Origin: Paraspadella gotoi
Lineage: Eukaryota; Animalia; Chaetognatha
Direction: 5' to 3'
Assembly (NCBI GenBank): GCA_051294375.1
Contig: CM119268.1
Location: forward strand, 16,231,528-16,295,527
DNA: 64,000 nt
This document shows positions 55,550 to 64,000 of this stretch, one piece after another. Made by a program: the position numbers and the translations under genes. Numbering within the stretch: the first letter of the stretch is position 1; each line of letters begins with the position of its first letter. Below the pieces are notes generated by a model. It worked only from the letters and a program-made list of their open reading frames with translations. It was not told the origin of the DNA and ran no database searches.

Positions 55550-57725
55550 CTCTCTCTCTTCTCGTCTCTCTTCTCTCATCTCTCTCTCTCTTCTAGAAGT
55601 TTTGATTTATTTTTGCTCTTTTTTTGTGTTGTAAACCCTCCTAGATTACAAACAGAGGAAGTTTAAATAGGAAATTAGAGTCGCCCTACTTGGAACAATG
55701 AAATATAATGATCATACGGTTGTCTCAACCTTTAACAAGTTCAGTTTACTTTTCACGCCGCAGCATTTTCCTGTCTGTCCGGAAAAAGAAAAATCCCTCT
55801 TTTCTTCCTTGTTTGAAACCGGCCGCTTTCGAGAAAAAAAAAAAAGAGCGCCGTCAAGGTTTTTGAAAATTAGCCTGATTTATTCTGCCTCCTTTCTCTT
55901 TTTTTTCTTATCCCTTCTATTTTCGTTCTACTTTTTTTGACGGAATTTACTCCTTCCTCCGTTCCTTCCTCTTTTTTCTTCTTTCCCATATTTCATTCGA
56001 AATTTCCTCCCTTTCCTTCTTAACCTTCCACCTCCTTTCGAACGCCCGCCTCCCTATTCCCCACCAAATCAAACCGCGACTTCACAAACACTACTCTTCA
56101 ATCTTTCGAGCTAGAGACCATTTTTCTCGCTTATTCTTTTTTCTTTTTTCTCCCCTTCGCCTTTCTCTCTCTCTCTCTCCTCTCTTCTCTCTCACTCTCT
56201 CTGCTCTCTCTCTCTCTCTCTCTCTGCTCAGTCTCCTCTCTCTATTATCAAAATCGTCTCCCTANNNNNNNNNNNNNNNNNNNNNNNNNTACCAAATCTT
56301 CTTTCCTTTCCTCCCTCTCTCTCTCTTCTCCTTTCCTCCCTATTCTCTCGTGGCCCTTTACCTCCTCCTCTTCTCAATAACGCGCTCAATCTTGAGCCAT
56401 TTACTCACGCCTTCTTTCTCCGTTGAGGGAACAAACATTCACCTCCGCTTCTCACACGGATTCAAGCAGACCTACTTTCACTTTTTGGTCCTTCAACAAA
56501 ATCAGATTATTATTGGGAATCTGTCTTATAGACTTATGTAACTTTTGTAGTAAACATTATTTGTAAAAACTTTTTTGTTGTTAAAATTTATTCGTAAAAA
56601 AATATCAAATGCTAAATACTAAAATGATTTTTAAATTTTGAATATTAACTACTTTTATTTTATTAATTTTTCAAAAAATAATTATATATTATTCTAATTT
56701 TAGCTCTAATATATGCTGGGGAAAGGGATGTGTTTTGTTAGTTTTGCGATACAAGATTAAAAACAATTTTGTTATTGTTCACCAGGTTCATCCACCGATC
56801 CACCCGTTTCCACCCATCCTAAAACCCCCATTCCACCCAGCCACCTTTCCGCGTCTCATAATTCTCACCCAAACCCCCTTTCGGGGATTCGTCCACCTCA
56901 AGCCCCCGTCGTCTCTCGCGCGACGACGACGCCATCGCCGATCCGTTTCTAGCGTCTTTGGTGACGAACGAGCGCCATCTTGGGCCGACGGGCGTTTCCC
57001 GACGAGACGCGGCCGGCGGCGTTGGCGGCGGCGTTGGCGGCGGCGTTGGCGGCGGCGTTGGCAGACCGTTGACCGCGGGTGACATCGTTGTTTCTGTCAT
57101 GACGGTTTTGTTCCTCGATTTTTCCTTGTTATTGCATCTGCCGTCGCTCTGGTGGTCGATGGTCGTGTTATTGCCGTTGGTTTTCTTGTCGTTGGATGTT
57201 GGATGTTGCTTTTCTTTCCAAGCAGTTGATGTTGTCCTTATGTGATGAGGTAAACTTGATATTTTTTGTTTTTCTTTGTTGGCGTTTATAATTTTAGCCG
57301 ACGTGCTCGCTTTTATCGATGTTATTACTACTTTATGTTGGTCTTTGTTTTCGCCGAGGTTGGGTACTATGTTGTGATTTCGCGGTCGTTGCATTTGCCG
57401 CTTTAGAGTTGTTTATGCTCTGTAGCTGTTATTTATAGCCGAGGATAAAGAAAAGTAAAAAAAAAGAAATAGAAAAAGGGAGAATAACCGAACTTTTATT
57501 TTCTCAGTTCAATCCAAATTTTTTCGACAATATTTTATGAATGGTCGGGGTATGGCAACGGAGGGACATGTGTGATGTCTGGGGTGTGAGGTATCTCCCG
57601 ACAGCTGGCGCTCTGGGCTTTGGACCTGCAGTGACCACCCCATGTCGCTGGCGTGTTTATAACGTAACCATCACACTTTAACCAGCGTGACCGTGAGGGG
57701 ATTGAACCCGGAACTTACGGTTGGT
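51872..57725 (+). repeat. ~8.2 kb unit, copy C (partial, runs on into unique sequence)
   Basis: Matches ~39695-46314 and ~47740-51860. Confidence 0.9.
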
Positions 57726-57758
57726 GAACGAGTACTTAGCTGTCTAAGCCAATGGGAC
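57535..57758 (-). mobile_element. tRNA-derived SINE-like element with a structured, twister-like body
   Basis: Minus strand has the A-box-like TGGCTTAGACAG (57751-57740) and B-box GGGTTCAATCCC (57709-57698), then a ~150-nt GC-rich body and an A-rich end. No clear TSD. Confidence 0.7.
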
Positions 57759-58024
57759 GAGCTATACGATGAGTTTTGATACAGAATTTTGCGATAGTAC
57801 AAAGTACAAACTAAAAAAAATATTAAGGAAACGTTTAACTAGTAAACGAACCAACATGAAATTGTCACTAGGCAGAAATATATTTGCTTATTGCTTTCTT
57901 TCCTTCAAGCACTTAATCGGATTTGGCCGGATTGAAGAACAGACTTAGTCAATTTTCATTACTTCCTTCCCATATCGGCCATTCGACCATTTGGCTATTC
58001 CACTGCCAGTTCGCCGTTTTTACC

Positions 58025-58130
58025 AACCGCCCCGCCAACGCGCCTCACCGCCATATTGCGCGCGCGTTTCGGGATTCCAGTGTGATGCCAATATATCACG
58101 TTCCCATAGCGACGTCCATGGCAAACGTCC
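58025..58130. promoter_or_regulatory. Promoter-like motif cluster (GC box, YY1-like, CCAAT, RFX X-box-like)
   Basis: CCGCCCCGCC 58027-58036, CCGCCATATT 58048-58057, CCAAT 58088-58092 and GTTCCCATAGCGAC 58100-58113. Confidence 0.35.
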
Positions 58131-58619
58131 CTACCCGAGAGGCAAAAGGAGAAAGCAAATCTCCGGGATTTGAGAAATTGGTCGCCGCATGCGTTGGGAT
58201 CCGTCGATGGGACCAAGCATGCTTGGGAAACTCAAATCCTTGTTGCTTGCTCTTCGTTAACTCAAGAGCAAAACTTGTGACAGATTTTAACTTCCTGCAA
58301 ATCTTGTTACATAAATCTGGAAAAGAAAGGGGCGTGGATTGTAAAATAATTATATTTACTTTTTAAAACGATGGCCCAGCAATTAGAAGTTTCCCACGAG
58401 GAATGCTCGCACTGATTTCTGAAAACGTCCCATTTCTCTTACCTACTTAATTCCAGAACTTACTTTTAACCACAATATTTACAATGAACTGTAGGTATGT
58501 AGGTATGTATTTATGTATGTAAGTTTTTATGTATGTTTGTATGTATTTATGTGTCATTTTATTCGTCGTCGAAACAGTTGATTTGGGGATAAAGGCGAAT
58601 AAGGATCAAGCCGAAAATA

Positions 58620-58756
58620 ACTTGATCCTCATTGGCTTTTCCTGCTCGAGATGCCTGGCAAATACTACCAGTCTGGCCGTGGTGCCTTTTCTTGGAAATC
58701 GCTCGGCCAATCCTCATTTCTCGTGGCGCCAGATCAGAAGGCGGTTCGGGCGGACT

Positions 58757-58790
<34 letters not shown>

Positions 58791-58885
58791 GCGGCGGCTT
58801 TGGTGGGGGAGGCGGCGGCGGGGAGAGGCGGCGGTGGGGAGGGGGGCGGGGGCGAACGGGGAGCGGCAGACACGGCCGCGGATTT
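58620..58885. promoter_or_regulatory. CpG-island-like segment with a (GCG)n tract
   Basis: Two CCAAT/ATTGG boxes, TGGCGCCA, (GCG)~11 at ~58758-58790 and GGGGCGGGG, set in an AT-rich background. Confidence 0.35.
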
Positions 58886-59186
58886 CCTTCTGTGAGGTTC
58901 TTGATAGAACTCAATTCACCCCAAGAGGCAGCAGTTCAAGGAAGTTCACAAATTAAAATTAAAATTTTAATATTTTAAGTTAAAAAAAATTTATCGGAGA
59001 ATTCGTGTTAAATTGAATGAATAGGGATTTTTTATGTTGGTTGTAACAAATTCATATGTAATTAAATTATCAAGTTAAGTAAACAAATTTGGATTTCTGA
59101 TGAGGAGAGAATGAGTATGCCTTAGAGTTATTTTGACAGGGTGACCGTTGGGTAGAATGGCCGACGTGGGCGCGTGCTTCTTCCTC

Positions 59187-59240
<54 letters not shown>

Positions 59241-59374
59241 TTTCACGCGCGAAATGAGGAGAAGCGGAGAAGACTCGAGTGGCAAAGAGAAGGCGTGAGT
59301 GAGAGCGAGATGTTTTTATTTTTATTCCTATTTAGAAAAAGAAGAATAAGAAAATTTGCTTCACAAAACAAATT

Positions 59375-59461
59375 AAAAAAATAAATAAATAAACATATGT
59401 ATAAATAAATATATAAATAAATAAATTAATTAATAAATAAATAAATAAAAATATAAATATA

Positions 59462-59540
<79 letters not shown>
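59375..59540. repeat. (TAAA)n microsatellite
   Basis: Read directly from the sequence. Confidence 0.95.
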
Positions 59541-59859
59541 ATTGAAATAAATGAAAGGGAGAAATGAACGAAATCGACGAACTGGGTCTCGTTTTCGCGC
59601 CTGAAATGATTTTGCATATTCGTTGCTCGGATTCGGGATTCAGCGAAGGTTTTAACTCTCATCAATCAAAATTCCTCCTGATTGGAATTGATTTTTTTTA
59701 CCTCGAGGGAAACGAGGAAATGACGAGGATAACGAGACGACGACGACGACTACGACGCGTTTTTGGTGAGGTTTTTGCTGTCGCTGTTCTTTATATATAT
59801 GCTAGGGATTTTGGTAGTGAAAGTAAAAGTTGAACTCTCTCTCAGCAACGTCACGATTT

Positions 59860-60060
59860 CCTCTAGCCATGTTGCACTTTTTAATGGCCATGTTAGCATT
59901 GGGTCAAGTAAATTATCTCCAGGCTATGTTTAACCTTCTCCTCCTGGTTATTATAGGCTTTCTCCTGGCTAAAATTAGACTTCCTAAAGTTAGACTTTTT
60001 CCTCGCCATGTTTAACTTTCTCCTTGCCATGTTACGCTTTTTCCTTTCTATGTTAGACTA
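59860..60060 (+). repeat. Degenerate ~22-bp tandem repeat (approximately gccatgttagactttctcct)
   Basis: gccatgtt/gctatgtt/ctatgtt cores recur, mostly followed by ttt/ctcct. Confidence 0.6.
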
Positions 60061-60450
60061 TAATCCTAGCTTCCATAACAGGAACGAAAATGATAATGAC
60101 GACGATGACGGCAACGAAAAGCTAAATTTTAAAATTTAAGGGTTTTAAAGGGAAAAAAAGGTATTCGGTCGATCGCAACGACTCACCGGGAATTCGGGAA
60201 AGTGAGAAAAAAATCGAATCAAATAAGAGAGTGAGAAAATGGGGCGAGAAGCCGTCGATGGATGAGATGGACGAAATTAGGAAGGTAGGAAGCGATGGAA
60301 TGAGAAAAAAAAAGGGAAAAGAACAGAAAATAATAGGAAAGTGGGAAGGAGAAAGAAAATAGGAAATCATTATTAGGTGGAGAAAAAGGTGGAGAGCCAG
60401 GATTTTCAATTAAGTTAAACTGACCAACGACATAGGATGGAGAGAGTAAG

Positions 60451-60510
<60 letters not shown>

Positions 60511-61774
60511 ATCCTCCTGGGCTTAACCGTTAAACGCTATAGCCTTCGAAGGTCCTCTAAAAATGAATAGTGGAAAGGCTGTGCCCGGACGGCTCTGGCG
60601 CCGAGCGAGATGAACCCCGCCGTCAAATTATCCTCAATTAGACTCGAATCGAGGAGAAGGTTCGTTCACTGTTCACCTTTTAATGTTTCACTGTTTAGCG
60701 TTCACATCTGGCTCAGAACCTTTTTCGTCACCTTCGCCTCGACTTTTGAAGTGAGAAAAAGTTCGTTTCGCAAAGAAACCAAAAAAAAATAAGGAAAAAC
60801 AAATAACATGAATAAAAAACGAGTTTGAACATTAAGTGTTAATATAAGTAAGAAAATGAATAGTGGATTAAATTTAAAAAAAAAACTAATGGAGGAAAAG
60901 CTAAAAAAAAAATGGGAAAAAAAATCTAAAAGTAAGACGGAAAAAGACAAAGAGAAATTTAAAAGTTTAACTAAAATTAGTATAATTTTATTTAACATTT
61001 AATCATAGGCAGTCTAAACCATAAACGAGTGGAATTAGGAAAATAAAATTGTATTTCTATTTCCCAACTCAGGTTCTAAACATGGTTAACAAATTGTTTT
61101 ATATTTAGATTTTTGGAGATGAAGACTCGAAAATAATGTGAGTGGAAACATGTTCGATTTTTATTGCAAAACATAAAAAAACCATTGTTGTTAAAACGAA
61201 CATTTCGTGACTCACGAGAAAAAAAAATATTCTCTACCTAAAAAACGAATTTTCAAATTGATTCTCTCTCTCTCCATCTCTGTTTTCGTCCATGGATTCC
61301 GTCTCCTCATTTTCCTTTTCTTTAGTCGCTTCTTCAGCATTAAACAGCCCCCCCTTTCCGTCCCGGGTCGAAAATCTTCCGCTCGTTGAGTTGAGCTTCT
61401 TCCAGATGAGAGTCTCACCTCCGGATCTTTAATTAAGTAAAGTACGCTTCCGTCCGCTTTCGTCCGCTTTTCCGTTTTCGCTGCGTTTATATCCGTTTTC
61501 CTTTGATAATTTTAGTCTCGTCCGCTTCCGTCCGTTTTTGTCCGGTTGCGTCCGCTTTCTGTCCCCTTTACTGGTGTATATCGGATTTCCACTGCTGATT
61601 TGGTATTCATTTCTTAAACGCTCGGTGCTCTTGCACTAAAATGAGATTAAAAATAATAACAATAACGATAACTTTTGCATCGTTTCAATTCTGCCTCGAT
61701 TTCTACTGCTTCTTTATTTATCTCTCATTTAAAATGAAGAACCGGATTCACCAGGAAAACTTATAAAAGAGAGT

Positions 61775-61857
<83 letters not shown>

Positions 61858-63887
61858 CCCGTCAATTTGACTTGAGCATTATCTCACAATGTCTTTCTGT
61901 CTATCGGTATTCGTCTTTATTTTTTTTCTTCCTTTTCATCCTATATTTTTCTTGCGATTCAATTGTGCAAAAGTTTGAGAATGACAGACCAAATTGAAAA
62001 AGTCCGTTTAGTTTCGTTTAGTTTAGTTTAGTTCCAACAGAAATCAACGACACCGAATCCTCATGATTAACGTCGGAAAATACAGGAAATAAATCGCGGC
62101 GGCAATGAGGTACATTTAAAAAATTGGATGTAGTTGCAAAACAACATAAACTAATAGATTAATTCATAATAGGTAGTTATTTTTATACTACAAATGGCTG
62201 TGATGGGTAGAAACTTTCTAATAATTTAAGGCGATCAAAAGAAACTCCCTCAAAATGAAATTTTTTTCAAGCATTGAAGTTTCCCCATTCAGCTAGGGTA
62301 TATGGCGCCAGTTCCCGCGGATCTCCATGTATTATCGCGCGTGCGATTCTCGCGCCTCGAAAAGACGATGTTCGAAAATCGAAGGCGAAGAAAAAAAAAT
62401 AAATAAAAGAGAAAAACGGAAAAAAAGAAAAAAAAGAAGGGATATCGGAAGCAAAGTGGCAGAGATTGGGAAAAAGAATCCTTTTCGGGGAGGAAGGTTA
62501 CTCTGTCTCTCTCTCTCCTGCTCTCTCATCTTCTCTTCCTCTCTCTCTCTCTCTCTCTCTCTGCTCTCTCTGTCCTCTCTCTCCTTCTCTCCTCCATCCC
62601 CCTCATTTTTTCTCCTTCTAGTTGCCTCTTTCCCTTTTTTTCCTTTATCTTTTTCCCGCCTTTTGTCGTTTTGGTCGCTTTCCGCCCTATTTTTCCTCGA
62701 TAACCAAAGACTTGACGACGCCAAGCGACCGAAGCGACGACGACAACGACGACGATGGCTGCGAAGACGAAGGAGACAAGGCAGCCAACGACCACCAGTC
62801 AGCTTCACTTGCTAAACGCGTTTTAGTCGGGTGATTTTTTTTTCTCTTGAATGTCTGAGATTAGATTGTTTGTCTTACCATTTCAAGCAAAAACATAAAC
62901 CTTAAAGTTAAACAACTTGCCGGCATGATTCACAAGATATCCTATAAGAAAGATATTTTATTACGGCTGGTTAGCTTTGCAAGCTTGGGATTGCAAACAT
63001 GACAAAAAGCTAAATGCAAAAAGTTAACAAGAAACAAAAGAAAGAGAAGACGATGATTTTTTTCCGAGGGGAAATGTTTTTTTTTCTTCTCTCACTCGAT
63101 AGCGGGAAATGTTTTTTTGGGTTCAGAGGAAAAAGTCAATGTGGCGAAAGAAACTGCAAAAGGATTGGAACATGAAATACTTTCGATCGGAAGGGATCGT
63201 CGACGGTGGCTGCGTATGAAAACACCTTCGCCTTCAAGTATGTGTGAATACTCATGAAAATCATCGAAAAAAGGTAAGCTCAAACGATTATGATTATCAT
63301 GAGGTTAGTAAACGTTTTACTCAAAATAACGTCGAACAAAAAATAAAAATAAAAACACCAAGGAATCTTTCCGTTTCTATTAATAAAATCATGTTTTTAA
63401 AGCTTATATTTATAGTTTTTTTCGTGATGGTTTGTTGCGTCACTTCAGTGAATTTACTCGGGGAACAGGAACGAAACTCAAACTTTTGTAGTTGACGAGT
63501 ATCTCGTCTAACAAAAAAATAATAATTATGAACCCGACAGTACATCGTCATTTGGTTGCAAGCATATTAATTCAATAATTTTGGAAGCATAATGAATATT
63601 TCTTTATCGGATACCCTCGTAGCAACGTGACAGGTTTGTCACGAACGACTATGACGACGATGACGACGTCAAATGGAAAAGAAAACGACAGCGAAGGAAA
63701 ATTTGAAATGAGGAGAAAGAAAAAAAAGAGAACTAACGTTGAGGGTGATAATATTTGGCAATTTTTCTTTTCGATAAGCAGACTGCGGTGAAAAAAACGA
63801 GATTCTGACCGTCGCTTAGCAACCAAGACGCATTGGATCCTCGATGAAACTTGGAGCTTGGAGCTTTCATGAGGTTGGTATTTCCTC

Positions 63888-63996
<109 letters not shown>

Positions 63997-64000
63997 CCCT

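Noticed and set aside
56819-58978. 191-aa, 147-aa and 149-aa ORFs (Pro/Thr- or Ala/Gly-rich)
   Set aside because: Two are explained by GC-rich 12-bp and GCG repeats that lack stops, the 191-aa frame is not conserved in copy A, and none shows recognisable homology.
59801-60070. MITE with GCTAGGGATT / AATCCTAGC ends
   Set aside because: Only ~9 bp of imperfect inverted match, no TSD, and a single copy in the window.
43-63826. Hundreds of ORFs rich in ER, SL, DD, TT or YY runs
   Set aside because: They are translations of (AG)n, (CT)n, (GAC)n and (TTA)n microsatellites or run through N gaps. They show no domain signal and their frames are not conserved between duplicate copies.

Overview
Eukaryotic, AT-rich, non-coding DNA, probably from an invertebrate. 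It is full of (AG/CT)n, (AAT)n, (GAC)n and (TAAA)n microsatellites and comes from a gappy, indel-rich draft assembly with many N runs. No protein-coding gene can be supported: nearly all ORFs are microsatellite translations. Much of the window is redundant: an ~8.9 kb palindrome (1-8865) with two further partial copies (10193-14107, 16803-18290), a 1.28 kb tandem duplication (24.5-27.3 kb), and three copies of an ~8.2 kb unit (38.1-57.7 kb). These may be concatenated haplotypes or fold-back artefacts, but they let filled and empty sites be compared. The best-supported elements are: a 608-bp hairpin-shaped MITE with 8-bp TSDs (hAT-like), with empty sites at two loci; two kinds of tRNA-headed SINE-like element whose bodies carry twister-ribozyme-like motifs (the most interesting lead, but degenerate); a DINE-1/HINE-like Helentron-type element; a ~332-bp tandem unit that appears inserted at a site also seen empty; mirrored 21-bp modules; several minisatellites; and GC-rich promoter-like islands. 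Coordinates of noisy repeats are approximate, and all alignments and folds were done by eye.
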